In this document: positions 20,538 through 30,535 of the stretch, piece by piece
Numbering within the stretch: position 1 is the stretch's first letter
How the letters are laid out: every line of letters begins with the position of its first letter
Sequence record: OR539220.1
Direction: 5' to 3' (one strand)
DNA from: Escherichia phage vB-Eco-KMB40
DNA: 64,000 nt
Notes under the pieces: generated by a model
What the model was told of the DNA's origin: nothing
What the model saw: only the letters and a program-made list of their open reading frames with translations
The model's database searches: none
Made by a program: the position numbers and the translations under genes

Positions 20538-21997
20538 AAACCAGTTACCTCATGAAAATCACCAAATACATCTTCGAATGTATTAGCTTTAGTTTTATCT
20601 TCGCGTAAACGAATCGCAATTGGAAGAAATAGCTTAACGTAATCAGTACGTCCATCTAATTTTACCCAGCCGTTGCATTCGCACTCTAGAATTTTTCCAA
20701 TATAATAATTTTGGTTTTCCATAATGCGAGTACGATCAAGTTCATGCGATTTTATACCGGCTTTATCTTTTAAGCCTGAACCAGCATTTACTTTAATTTT
20801 TCCACACTCTGATTCAAGAATGAAACCACCTGCTTTAGTAGGGTCTTTACGGTGAGGATAAATTCCTACAATTTTTAAATCAACATCAATTACTTCTTTA
20901 AATTTATAAAGATTTTTTGAACGAGCATTTTCCCATAATCCATCGATATTTTTAAGAATAATACCTTCAAGACCTTGGTCAATATACTTTTTATAAATTA
21001 CCTTAGCTTCATCTAGGTTATTTACTACTTGGTTTTCAATTAAAATTACTTTATCATAGCCTGATGTCATTTGTTCTAGTTTAGAAAAACGTACATCATA
21101 TTTTAAACGAAATGCTGGAAGACCATATATTTCTACTAATGGAACATAGTCCCAGACCTGAAACTTCATGCATTGTGCTTCTTTTTCAGAAATGGTTCCC
21201 TTTAAAGATTTATTAGCGATTCCATTAGAAGTAGTACGTGATTCAGCTACTTCGGCGAATTCTTTAGCTTTACTAATTTCAGGATAAGCATCAAAAAGAA
21301 AATCTAGGCCTTCTGGTTCCTTTTTAACTTGCTCATGGTATACCAATTCGCCATCAATTAACACACCTTCTGGATGAATCTGGCGAGCTTCTGCAGTCAT
21401 TTTGATTAACTCTTCCTTGAGAAGATCTAATCCTAGATATTCATTACCAGCTCGTGATAAAAGACGAACATCATCTAATTCATCACCTCTGACTTCAGCA
21501 AAACAGCGAGCTCCATCAGCTTTTAGCTGTGCAAAGGCTGGAAATTTGATATTCTTATTAATGCCTTTTTCGTCATAAGAACTTGCTAGCATTTGAGGTT
21601 GTTCAGGAATTAAACCTGGCCAAACTTTGTTTGCAATAGATACTGATGCACCGCATTCAAGGTCTCGCATCATCACCCGACGCAAAACTTCAACATCATC
21701 TTTTTTACCGTCAGTAATATATCCAGTTAATTCCTCAATTGCCGCATTTCCAGTCAATTTCCGAGTAGCTAACGTGAATTCAATGAAGTCAAGCATATCG
21801 GTAAGAGTCAACATTCCAAAACTCTGGGTAGTAATACCCGGTTTAGGCCATTTCTTGATATAATACTGTAACCCACGAGAATAAGTCAGACGATATACTC
21901 GTTTAAGCAATTCATTATCTTTATTCTTTTCAAGAATTGCTTGCTTCTGCTTAGTTGAACCAATAGATGCTATTTCGTTCAGAATTTTAAGAATCAT
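20534..21997 (-). CDS. 30: ATP-dependent DNA ligase gp30
   Basis: 487 aa; adenylation motif KADGARC; matches T4 ligase. Confidence 0.95.
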   Translation of the reverse strand: MILKILNEIASIGSTKQKQAILEKNKDNELLKRVYRLTYSRGLQYYIKKWPKPGITTQSFGMLTLTDMLDFIEFTLATRKLTGNAAIEELTGYITDGKKDDVEVLRRVMMRDLECGASVSIANKVWPGLIPEQPQMLASSYDEKGINKNIKFPAFAQLKADGARCFAEVRGDELDDVRLLSRAGNEYLGLDLLKEELIKMTAEARQIHPEGVLIDGELVYHEQVKKEPEGLDFLFDAYPEISKAKEFAEVAESRTTSNGIANKSLKGTISEKEAQCMKFQVWDYVPLVEIYGLPAFRLKYDVRFSKLEQMTSGYDKVILIENQVVNNLDEAKVIYKKYIDQGLEGIILKNIDGLWENARSKNLYKFKEVIDVDLKIVGIYPHRKDPTKAGGFILESECGKIKVNAGSGLKDKAGIKSHELDRTRIMENQNYYIGKILECECNGWVKLDGRTDYVKLFLPIAIRLREDKTKANTFEDVFGDFHEVTGL

Positions 21998-22263
21998 TGT
22001 TCATCCTTTAGAGTTTGGTTTACAGCTCTATTATAAATCAATTCATCATTAAGCTCAGTCAAAGACCTGTGATACGTGGTTCTAACTTTATTTCCTTGCA
22101 TCCAGTGCTTGACATAAATGAAACCTTGCTCTACACATTTTTTAAAAATTCGTTCGTCTTTTTGAGCTCGGAATTCTGGATTGCATCTAAAAAATTGATT
22201 TACGTGACCGTAATCACGTGTAGTATTACCTTCATTTTCATAAATAGTGTGAACGACAAACAT
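21994..22263 (-). CDS. hypothetical protein (30.1 position)
   Basis: 89-aa ORF; 4-nt overlaps with both neighbours. Confidence 0.55.
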   Translation of the reverse strand: MFVVHTIYENEGNTTRDYGHVNQFFRCNPEFRAQKDERIFKKCVEQGFIYVKHWMQGNKVRTTYHRSLTELNDELIYNRAVNQTLKDEQ

Positions 22264-23099
22264 TAGAATGCTCCTTGGAAAATATTATCACCACTAGTAG
22301 GTCTATTATACAAATACTCTATGCCACCGGGTTTAATATAGTTCCATGTCTGAAACGGATGCGTCTGATATGGATGATATAGATTATAAGGATTAAATCC
22401 AGGAGTTCTCCAGGTAGTGTTCCAAGGAAAAGAATCGTTTTTAATCATCTTTTCAATTACATCTTTTATAGCTTTTTCACTATCAAAACTTTCTTTATTT
22501 TCATTCGATGGAAAAAGCTTATTCTCTACATCATTCCATGTATAAACTCGCTGTGCAGTTTTTGGAATATTGTCACGCTCTCCTCGAGCCATCCAATAAA
22601 CAGGAACATTTAATATTTCACTCGCATGATCGCAGTGGTGAGCGAGATCGTCAATATAACAAATTACGTTATATTTCTCTTTTGCCTTTTTGAACAACTC
22701 TTCTTTTGAAGAATCATGACCACACATCAATACTTCTGAGAAGGCATCAGGAAAAAGAGCATTCAAATTAAATTGACGATTCAGCAGAGCGTCAATAGAA
22801 TCACCCAGTGCTGTAACAGCTACAAAATTATAATCTTCTTTTAATTTGTTAATTACACACAGGGCATCTTTATATGGAGACAAATAGCGAATAAAATCTG
22901 AACGATTATACTTTTCGATTAATTTAACACCAAGTTCTTCATCGCAATTAAAGAGCTTACCAGGAGAAATAAATTTTTCGTCCTGAATCATTTTTAAAAT
23001 ATGTTCCAACGGAAGATTATATTTTTGGGCAAAATAAGGAAGGCCTGATTGCCAGCTTAAACATACACCATCAATATCAGTCAAAATAGTAGGCTTCAT
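22263..23099 (-). CDS. HAD-superfamily hydrolase-like protein (30.2 position)
   Basis: 278 aa; N-terminal motif ILTDIDGV (DxDG[T/V]). Confidence 0.6.
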   Translation of the reverse strand: MKPTILTDIDGVCLSWQSGLPYFAQKYNLPLEHILKMIQDEKFISPGKLFNCDEELGVKLIEKYNRSDFIRYLSPYKDALCVINKLKEDYNFVAVTALGDSIDALLNRQFNLNALFPDAFSEVLMCGHDSSKEELFKKAKEKYNVICYIDDLAHHCDHASEILNVPVYWMARGERDNIPKTAQRVYTWNDVENKLFPSNENKESFDSEKAIKDVIEKMIKNDSFPWNTTWRTPGFNPYNLYHPYQTHPFQTWNYIKPGGIEYLYNRPTSGDNIFQGAF

Positions 23100-23560
23100 A
23101 GAGAGTCTCTTAATAGGTTTAACACATCAATAAATTCAACTTCGGTTAGTATTGTATCATCTTTTGTTAGACCACTAGCCATGCTATGCTTCAAAATTTT
23201 TCCTTTTGAGGCTTGTAAGGCATCACGAAACCCCTTGTTTTGGATCGCTGCTTCAAAATATGCATTTGTATACAATTCTTTCCACGCTGGGGAGTATCTT
23301 GAAAATGGAACTCCGAGCCAGAAGAGGGTCCCACGGTCCGCAGCTCTTGCATAAGACCTTCCAGCTTGTTGGGCGGCAAGCCCGGATAACCCAAATATAC
23401 GTCTTTGCTGCTCAACATTTTTCACCTTGCATCCTTGGAGGAATCCTTCAAGACCTCCGAATTGAATACCATCCATGACGAAAGGCCATTGGGCGAAATT
23501 ACTTAATGCGCATGATGGCCATCTAAAATTGCTTCTAATCTCTAACTCAGACATTTTCAA
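23096..23560 (-). CDS. YbiA/NADAR-family protein (30.3 position)
   Basis: 154 aa; LSNFAQWPFVMDG...LEGFLQGCK aligns by eye with E. coli YbiA FSNFAAWPIKVDG...EHYFQAQK. Confidence 0.6.
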   Translation of the reverse strand: MKMSELEIRSNFRWPSCALSNFAQWPFVMDGIQFGGLEGFLQGCKVKNVEQQRRIFGLSGLAAQQAGRSYARAADRGTLFWLGVPFSRYSPAWKELYTNAYFEAAIQNKGFRDALQASKGKILKHSMASGLTKDDTILTEVEFIDVLNLLRDSL

Positions 23561-23753
23561 TACTTATAATTTCAACATCAGCCCAATGACCATAGCAAGG
23601 AAGACGAAATTCAACTGGCCAGTTAGGGTCCTTTTCTAATATAATAGACTTAACTTGTGGTTCTTCATGTTCATCAGTATATGGATTTTTATCTGTTACT
23701 TTATATGTGACCTTAATGTATTGAATTCCAAAAATCTTATTAATTATATTCAT
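23547..23753 (-). CDS. hypothetical protein
   Basis: 68-aa ORF in early gene run. Confidence 0.45.
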   Translation of the reverse strand: MNIINKIFGIQYIKVTYKVTDKNPYTDEHEEPQVKSIILEKDPNWPVEFRLPCYGHWADVEIISIENV

Positions 23754-23947
23754 ACTAATTCCTTTAATCCGTAAATAGGAGACAATTCATCACCCATACG
23801 AAGGTCTTCATTTCCATCTACCCAGGAAACAATATAAGCCTCTTTTATTTGAACACCACTCCATTTAAATGGAGGTAGAACCTTAGAAATTAATCCAGGT
23901 ATACCAACTCCCTTTAATTCAACAGTTTGACCTAAAAAGAATTTCAT
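23750..23947 (-). CDS. hypothetical protein
   Basis: 65-aa ORF; 4-nt overlap with upstream gene. Confidence 0.45.
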   Translation of the reverse strand: MKFFLGQTVELKGVGIPGLISKVLPPFKWSGVQIKEAYIVSWVDGNEDLRMGDELSPIYGLKELV

Positions 23948-24234
23948 TAGAACCTCATCTGAAAACCATGCGATTTAACATTACCGCCGCCAATATCAGA
24001 AATATTAATTTCACGCGCAATCGAAGGATCGATGTCAATTTCACGATTAAGTTTAGCGATAGCTAAAGTATCACGCCCATTTACAGTACGGAACTCTAAA
24101 GGACAAACCACATCAACGTAATTTTTAATCGATTCACTGGTAGGTTGCAAATGAGCAGGAAGGTCTTTGGGCGCCTTTGAGAAAACCACTTCACAGAAAT
24201 TTTTACGGGTATCAAAATAAGTAGTCATAAACAT
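23947..24234 (-). CDS. hypothetical protein
   Basis: 95-aa ORF. Confidence 0.5.
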   Translation of the reverse strand: MFMTTYFDTRKNFCEVVFSKAPKDLPAHLQPTSESIKNYVDVVCPLEFRTVNGRDTLAIAKLNREIDIDPSIAREINISDIGGGNVKSHGFQMRF

Positions 24235-24250
24235 AGTATTTTCCTCAGTA

Positions 24251-24266
24251 AGGGGCCGAAGCCCCT
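24251..24266. terminator. hairpin AGGGGC-CGAA-GCCCCT in intergenic spacer
   Basis: GC-rich tetraloop hairpin; T-run on plus side only, so may be an RNA stability element rather than a minus-strand terminator. Confidence 0.35.
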
Positions 24267-24275
24267 CATTTTATT

Positions 24276-24641
24276 TTAAATATCAAATTCATTAAGAACT
24301 ACATCAAAGATTGCTTCAAGATGCTCAGGTTTAGCTCTGTTACTCAGAATATGACGAATCCAAGTTTTAACCAAAAGCTTGCGATTATCACCATTCCAGC
24401 AAGGATGAGTCCCTAAATCGCGTTGACGAAAATCATCATCCAGAGCGATTTTAAAGTTGGAACCTTCCATTGTGATTGAAACCGTGATGCCATTTTCAAA
24501 TCGCATATAAACGTAATTAGGAGTCATATACTGTTCAATTTCGCATACTGATCCATTTTGATGTTTCCAAAGGCAAATAGTATCAATAGAACCTGCAATA
24601 CCATTAGAAACATATTTACGTTCAAAGTTGATGTAGTTCAT
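24276..24641 (-). CDS. hypothetical protein
   Basis: 121 aa from ATG 24641 with RBS GGAG (supplied ORF starts at TTG 24653). Confidence 0.5.
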   Translation of the reverse strand: MNYINFERKYVSNGIAGSIDTICLWKHQNGSVCEIEQYMTPNYVYMRFENGITVSITMEGSNFKIALDDDFRQRDLGTHPCWNGDNRKLLVKTWIRHILSNRAKPEHLEAIFDVVLNEFDI

Positions 24642-24677
24642 TTTATTCTCCAAGATGTTTAATTGCGGTACAGGTAT

Positions 24678-24706
24678 ATAATATCATATCCTGTACCAAA
24701 GTAAAC
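24678..24706 (-). promoter_or_regulatory. early promoter
   Basis: Minus GTTTAC, 17 nt, TATTAT; overlaps 8-bp inverted repeat GGTACAGG...CCTGTACC. Confidence 0.45.
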
Positions 24707-24708
24707 AA

Positions 24709-25041
24709 TTATTTTACTACTTTCCAGTGTTGCATGTCAAGTTTACCGACTTTTTTCATCTTCTCAATTAAGCGTTCGGCACGTTGGCGAGCTGTAACAT
24801 AATGCCATTCGCCTAATTCATTTTGTTCAATTTTTCCAACGATTACTGTATTCAATTCATAAATCCAACCAGTAAAGAAATTATGAACTTGAATTGTAAA
24901 GGTGAAATCTGTTCCCATACCTTCTGTTGTTTCTACTTCAATAATATCACCTTCAACTGCCATTAAGAACCACATAGTTTCATCATATTTACCATTGAAG
25001 CATTTAGTTTTAACTGCAGCGTTCAGATTAATCGTTTTCAT
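24709..25041 (-). CDS. hypothetical protein
   Basis: 110-aa ORF with its own early promoter. Confidence 0.55.
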   Translation of the reverse strand: MKTINLNAAVKTKCFNGKYDETMWFLMAVEGDIIEVETTEGMGTDFTFTIQVHNFFTGWIYELNTVIVGKIEQNELGEWHYVTARQRAERLIEKMKKVGKLDMQHWKVVK

Positions 25042-25068
25042 TTTATTCTCCTTTGTTTGTGTAAAATA

Positions 25069-25098
25069 ATACTATCACAAAGGAACCATACTGTAAAC
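25069..25098 (-). promoter_or_regulatory. early promoter
   Basis: Minus GTTTAC (plus 25093-25098), 18 nt, TAGTAT. Confidence 0.45.
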
Positions 25099-25120
25099 AA
25101 CTTTGTGCAATCTTTGGAAA

Positions 25121-25147
25121 ATAAAAAAGGACTCCCGAAGGAGTCCT
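25121..25147 (-). terminator. intrinsic terminator AGGACTCC-UUCG-GGAGUCCU plus U-run
   Basis: 8-bp stem, UUCG loop, UUUUUUAU tail directly after stop at 25152. Confidence 0.6.
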
Positions 25148-25151
25148 CAAC

Positions 25152-25328
25152 TTATGCTTTCTGCTTACCAAAACGAGAAGCATCATCTCGAAGAACCGCA
25201 CGTGCTCGGCGCATGATCTTCTCAACAGTTTGATTGATACGAGAGTTCGACCCACGCTTGTAGCCAGCGCGTTTAGAATCACCAACTTTCTTTTCAACTG
25301 CTTTCTTTGCTTTAACTTGTTTTGCCAT
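25152..25328 (-). CDS. small highly basic protein (about 6.4 kDa)
   Basis: 58 aa from ATG 25328 (MAKQVKAKKAVEKK...); Lys/Arg-rich; strong terminator downstream. Confidence 0.5.
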   Translation of the reverse strand: MAKQVKAKKAVEKKVGDSKRAGYKRGSNSRINQTVEKIMRRARAVLRDDASRFGKQKA

Positions 25329-25573
25329 TATAAATTCTCTTTTAAATGAAAATGCAGGACTTATTGGCATTGCCTGCGCAAGCCCTCAAGGGGAACATAG
25401 GTTTTTGGGTATTTAACGACCAGGATAACCATAAACCCGTCATCATTCACATTCAAGAGGTACACCATAAAACTGCCGGGGTCTTAAAACTATAATGATT
25501 CGCAAATCATTAATCAGACAGTTCGATGGCTCCTCGATTTTAGCTCACACTAAGGCAGTGAATCTCCAATAAA

Positions 25574-25822
25574 TTACTTCAATGTTACCACAAAGTGACG
25601 AACTGCTTTTCGCGCAGCAGAAGCCAGAGGCTTAGCATACTTAAGTTCATCTTTTTCCTGAAGCTCAGCAGCTAATGCAGTTTGAGCAGGATTCAAATGT
25701 TTGAAATAACGCAGGATTTCAAGAGCTTCGGCTTCAACATCAATAGATGCGCCATAGTTTTCGTGACCATTATTCCATGCGTTTCGTTGCAGTTCAAGAG
25801 CGTGTTGCAATTGTTTAATCAT
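25574..25822 (-). CDS. rIII: rIII-like lysis inhibition accessory protein
   Basis: 82 aa, same length and position (between 30.x block and gene 31) as T4 rIII; sequence not independently recalled. Confidence 0.55.
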   Translation of the reverse strand: MIKQLQHALELQRNAWNNGHENYGASIDVEAEALEILRYFKHLNPAQTALAAELQEKDELKYAKPLASAARKAVRHFVVTLK

Positions 25823-25969
25823 TTAAAAATTCTCGTTAGAGATTAAAACTCGGTAGTCACGTTCTTCTGAATTTCATCTTCTTTCGACAGATCTCTCAGT
25901 TGTAGACTACCACGTAGAATTGTTCGGTTAACTTATTATTCCGACACCCAATTCATATTATTATTTATA

Positions 25970-26305
25970 TCACTTATAAAGACACGGAATAGCTTTATAG
26001 TGACAAGTAACGAATTTTTGTTTAATTTCTTTTGACTGCTTAAGACCCAGAGCTACAAAAGGATGCGGAACATTTCGAATTTGACCAACTGGAAGAGAAG
26101 TCAAATCACCGACTTCGCAGAAACCTTCAGGAACATCAGGACCAACAGAGTGAACTACACACAGTTCAGGAACTTCACCTTGGACACGTTTACCAATAAT
26201 AAGTCCTGATTCTGTAACTTCTTCATCACCGGCTTGCGCAGGTTCAGAAACTAAAATAACATATTCACCGACAGCACGAATTGGTAGCTGTTGTACTTCA
26301 GACAT
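25970..26305 (-). CDS. 31: co-chaperonin gp31 (GroES analogue)
   Basis: 111 aa; [18 protein letters not shown]... matches T4 gp31 as recalled; RBS AAGGAAA. Confidence 0.85.
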   Translation of the reverse strand: MSEVQQLPIRAVGEYVILVSEPAQAGDEEVTESGLIIGKRVQGEVPELCVVHSVGPDVPEGFCEVGDLTSLPVGQIRNVPHPFVALGLKQSKEIKQKFVTCHYKAIPCLYK

Positions 26306-26335
26306 CGTTTTTCCTTTTTGTTAACAGATGAATTA

Positions 26336-26360
26336 ATAATAACAAATAATTCTTAAAGCA
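26336..26360 (-). promoter_or_regulatory. MotA-dependent middle promoter for gene 31
   Basis: Minus strand AATGCTTTA (MotA box), 12-nt spacer, TATTAT; about 24 nt leader to gene 31 ATG. Confidence 0.55.
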
Positions 26361-26361
26361 T

Positions 26362-26670
26362 TTATTTACCAATAAATTGGAGTAAATGCTCAACTTTCAT
26401 ACCATTAACAGAAATCAATTTGTCAATAGAAAAACCTCGCCATGCACCGAGTTCAACATCAAATATCGGAATCATATCAGTAGATTCTTTCCGAGTAGAT
26501 TCAGTCAATTTACCGGTTTGCATAGTTGGCATAAAGTCAGCATCACGAGTGCCTTTCATAGTACGAATAGTACCATCAGACTTTTCAAAAACCACGTTTG
26601 AAATACCCATGGACAATTTAGTTTTCAAAATTTCACGAATTGCTACTTTCTGTTCAGTTGTCAATTTCAT
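26362..26670 (-). CDS. hypothetical protein (31.1 position)
   Basis: 102-aa ORF. Confidence 0.55.
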   Translation of the reverse strand: MKLTTEQKVAIREILKTKLSMGISNVVFEKSDGTIRTMKGTRDADFMPTMQTGKLTESTRKESTDMIPIFDVELGAWRGFSIDKLISVNGMKVEHLLQFIGK

Positions 26671-26907
26671 TTATTTACCTATTACAGTTTTAATATGGGT
26701 TGTTCCACGTTCTTTAAGAGTGGAAAGCAATTTTTGGCATTTTTCTAAATCAGATTTCCAACTATACGGTCTATCAATACAAACCCATTCTGACTTATAA
26801 TACTGCTTCCATTTAGAGAAAAAATATTTCTTATACTCTACAGCAAACGAGATGTTCTCGTTAGAATAAGAACTAATTGCTGTGAGCTTTACCAAACGAA
26901 ATTTCAT
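26671..26907 (-). CDS. hypothetical protein (31.2 position)
   Basis: 78-aa ORF. Confidence 0.5.
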   Translation of the reverse strand: MKFRLVKLTAISSYSNENISFAVEYKKYFFSKWKQYYKSEWVCIDRPYSWKSDLEKCQKLLSTLKERGTTHIKTVIGK

Positions 26908-27488
26908 TATTCACCACAGAATTCGTTGATATTTTCCCAGTTTAACTTATTCAAGTTTTTCTTAGGAACATTAAACACTTCAATACCTGCATTTCGCAGA
27001 ATATCATCCCAGCCAGGTTTATTTTTATCGTATGTTTCGCAATAAACCAGCTTTTTAATACCAGATTGAGCTATCGCTTTTGCACAATCTGGACAAGGAG
27101 AAAGTGTTACATACATAGTAGCACCTTCAATTGAAGAACCATTTCGTGCAGCAAACAAAATTGCATTTAGTTCAGCATGAATTTCATTTTTAGACGACCA
27201 TTCAGAGTGAGCGCTACGGTGTTCTTTCGCCAAGACAAAGCGATCAGTTGAACCAAATGATACGCATTCAGGCTTATGGCCTTGGATAATAGTATGTTTA
27301 GGTTTATTCAGCAACCAACCTTGCTCAGCGGCATAATCACAACAGTTCACACCACCAGCAGGTGAACCATTATATCCGGTAGAAATAATACGTCCATTCT
27401 TTTCAATTACTGCTCCTACCTTCCAGGAGCAACATTTGGATTCTTGTGATACTAAATATGCAATTTGAAGTACTGTACTCGCTTTCAT
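26907..27488 (-). CDS. cd: dCMP deaminase
   Basis: 193 aa; zinc motifs HAELNAI and PCPDCA. Confidence 0.9.
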   Translation of the reverse strand: MKASTVLQIAYLVSQESKCCSWKVGAVIEKNGRIISTGYNGSPAGGVNCCDYAAEQGWLLNKPKHTIIQGHKPECVSFGSTDRFVLAKEHRSAHSEWSSKNEIHAELNAILFAARNGSSIEGATMYVTLSPCPDCAKAIAQSGIKKLVYCETYDKNKPGWDDILRNAGIEVFNVPKKNLNKLNWENINEFCGE

Positions 27489-27823
27489 TTCATAATCACC
27501 AGATAAGCAGATTTAGCAGTTTCAACACGATAAATTTCGTGACGAAGTTTAGTTATACTTTTAATAACAGAACTAATTATATTCTGCCCATCTTTAAAGC
27601 GGTTTTTCTTATCAATAAAAACTGCGCCAACCATCTTTTTGTGAAGCTCAACTGGATACTTCGTCACAATAATAGCATCATACACAGAAGGATGAATACT
27701 ATTCACCAGAGTGTCATTCATTAAAGTTATTCTAATGAACTGAGCTGTTTCAGAATCAAGTGCTCTATGATCGCCAGTATCATTTTCAAGACAATTATCA
27801 ATTATATCAGTTAAATTCATCAT
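27485..27823 (-). CDS. hypothetical protein (cd.1 position)
   Basis: 112-aa ORF; ATGA overlap with cd. Confidence 0.5.
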   Translation of the reverse strand: MMNLTDIIDNCLENDTGDHRALDSETAQFIRITLMNDTLVNSIHPSVYDAIIVTKYPVELHKKMVGAVFIDKKNRFKDGQNIISSVIKSITKLRHEIYRVETAKSAYLVIMK

Positions 27824-28059
27824 AGTACGCCATACACCCTTTGTGCTTCAACTAATCCATCAAAATCTAATTTAAGATGCGATATTTGATCGCCATCACC
27901 TGGATTCACAATTACTAATACTGAACGAGGAGTTTCGGTAATAACACGAACCGATGTTTCAGGAAATCGTTCAGAAACCTTATTTACCAATTCCTGCGCA
28001 AATAGCTTAACTTTTTCTTGGAATTCTTTAACAGTAATCGGTTTTTCACTTAGCAGCAT
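27820..28059 (-). CDS. hypothetical protein
   Basis: 79 aa from ATG 28059; supplied ORF extended through the early promoter. Confidence 0.5.
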   Translation of the reverse strand: MLLSEKPITVKEFQEKVKLFAQELVNKVSERFPETSVRVITETPRSVLVIVNPGDGDQISHLKLDFDGLVEAQRVYGVL

Positions 28060-28088
28060 TTTGTTTTCCTCATTTGTTTGGTAGAGCC

Positions 28089-28118
28089 ATAATATCACAA
28101 CTCTACCGTAAAGTAAAC
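28089..28118 (-). promoter_or_regulatory. early promoter
   Basis: Minus GTTTAC, 18 nt, TATTAT. Confidence 0.45.
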
Positions 28119-28120
28119 TA

Positions 28121-28396
28121 TTAAATTGCTTTGAATTCTGATGTCTGTGATTCAAAACGAATATCGCCTTTGATGACTAGCTCAGCATCAAGACCGAATA
28201 CGACAATGATATGCGCGGAACCTGGATACAACGTAATGGCAATAGAATCCACCTGGTCTGGAAGCAAAGTATTCAATACATGAGTCACTTGAGCATGGAT
28301 TCGAAGTTCAGCTGCGTTATCAAGCTTTTCAAACATATTATTAGCGATAATTTGACTAAACACTACTTCTACGATTTTAGAATAAGTCGGAAACAT
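28121..28396 (-). CDS. hypothetical protein
   Basis: 91 aa from ATG 28396 with RBS GAGGTAAAT. Confidence 0.45.
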   Translation of the reverse strand: MFPTYSKIVEVVFSQIIANNMFEKLDNAAELRIHAQVTHVLNTLLPDQVDSIAITLYPGSAHIIVVFGLDAELVIKGDIRFESQTSEFKAI

Positions 28397-28398
28397 AT

Positions 28399-28599
28399 TT
28401 ACCTCACATAATTTTCTTCGAGCCAATCAATAACATCCAACGCATTATCAAAAGTTGAACCATCTACTTTGTCTTCTGTTTCATAATCAAGAACATCTAG
28501 GCCTACTCTTCCGTCAACAATAGGCCATAGACAAAATAGATATTTCTTTTCTTTTTCAATTTTATCACAAAGACGATAAATCTTTTCTAGGTTATTCAT
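28399..28599 (-). CDS. hypothetical protein
   Basis: 66-aa acidic ORF. Confidence 0.45.
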   Translation of the reverse strand: MNNLEKIYRLCDKIEKEKKYLFCLWPIVDGRVGLDVLDYETEDKVDGSTFDNALDVIDWLEENYVR

Positions 28600-28788
28600 A
28601 AGTTTTCCATGGTAAAGGCAGTTTAGTTTTCTTTACTGTTAGTTCAACATCGGGATTCTTTTCTCTTAATTTAAGACATTCCTCCCAAGCTCTGATTTCA
28701 CTAGTGAATACACAAAATTGCCCATTACTAGTACCGACTAAACCACTATTTACAATAATAATAGCCCAAGTTTCATGATGCCACGCCA

Positions 28789-28789
<1 letters not shown>
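28592..28789 (-). CDS. hypothetical protein
   Basis: 65 aa from ATG at 28789 overlapping pseT stop (TAATG). Confidence 0.45.
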
Positions 28790-30011
<1,222 letters not shown>

Positions 30012-30245
30012 TTATTTTTTCTCAACCAATGATTGAATATAATCATGCAGGTCTTTAGATGCTTTGCCCCATTTATTTTGATATTCATTTTTAAGATTAG
30101 CCCGAGATTGAGCTAATAAAACATCATTAGTTGGAGGTAAAGATTCTAATCGTTGAATCTGTCGTCCATAAATCATTGCAGCCATCTCGGATTCATAAAT
30201 CAATCCTTTGAGATGTTCAAATTGATGCCATGAAATCATTTGCAT
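30012..30245 (-). CDS. hypothetical protein
   Basis: 77-aa ORF. Confidence 0.5.
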   Translation of the reverse strand: MQMISWHQFEHLKGLIYESEMAAMIYGRQIQRLESLPPTNDVLLAQSRANLKNEYQNKWGKASKDLHDYIQSLVEKK

Positions 30246-30535
30246 TTATCCTCTTTTAACTCTCGACGATAATAACATATCATAGTTTTCTGGTCATGTA
30301 CATATCGTTTTACGTCATTAAGCCAAATACGAAATTCCTGAGAATCTTCAAATGGCATACCTACCCAAGCTTTACCATCAATAACTTTAACTTGCCAAGA
30401 TAGTTTAGCTTCGTCATATGACTTTATTTGTACAGGCCAATTAGGATGAACTGTTTCTTTCTTTACTTCTAGAGGCTTTGTCGAACAACCAACTAGAAGA
30501 CCAATAGATAATATTACTGCTGATAGTTTAATCAT
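30236..30535 (-). CDS. predicted lipoprotein
   Basis: 99 aa; signal peptide with lipobox LLVGC. Confidence 0.55.
   Translation of the reverse strand: MIKLSAVILSIGLLVGCSTKPLEVKKETVHPNWPVQIKSYDEAKLSWQVKVIDGKAWVGMPFEDSQEFRIWLNDVKRYVHDQKTMICYYRRELKEDKCK

Noticed and set aside
25043-25297. 84-aa minus-strand ORF overlapping the terminator and the small basic protein gene
   Set aside because: Runs through an intrinsic terminator hairpin and an early promoter; the alternative 58-aa frame with a terminator directly after its stop is more plausible.
25500-25535. Possible tRNA (T-loop-like GTTCGAT at 25521)
   Set aside because: Flanking sequence cannot form acceptor, D and anticodon stems; no cloverleaf on either strand.
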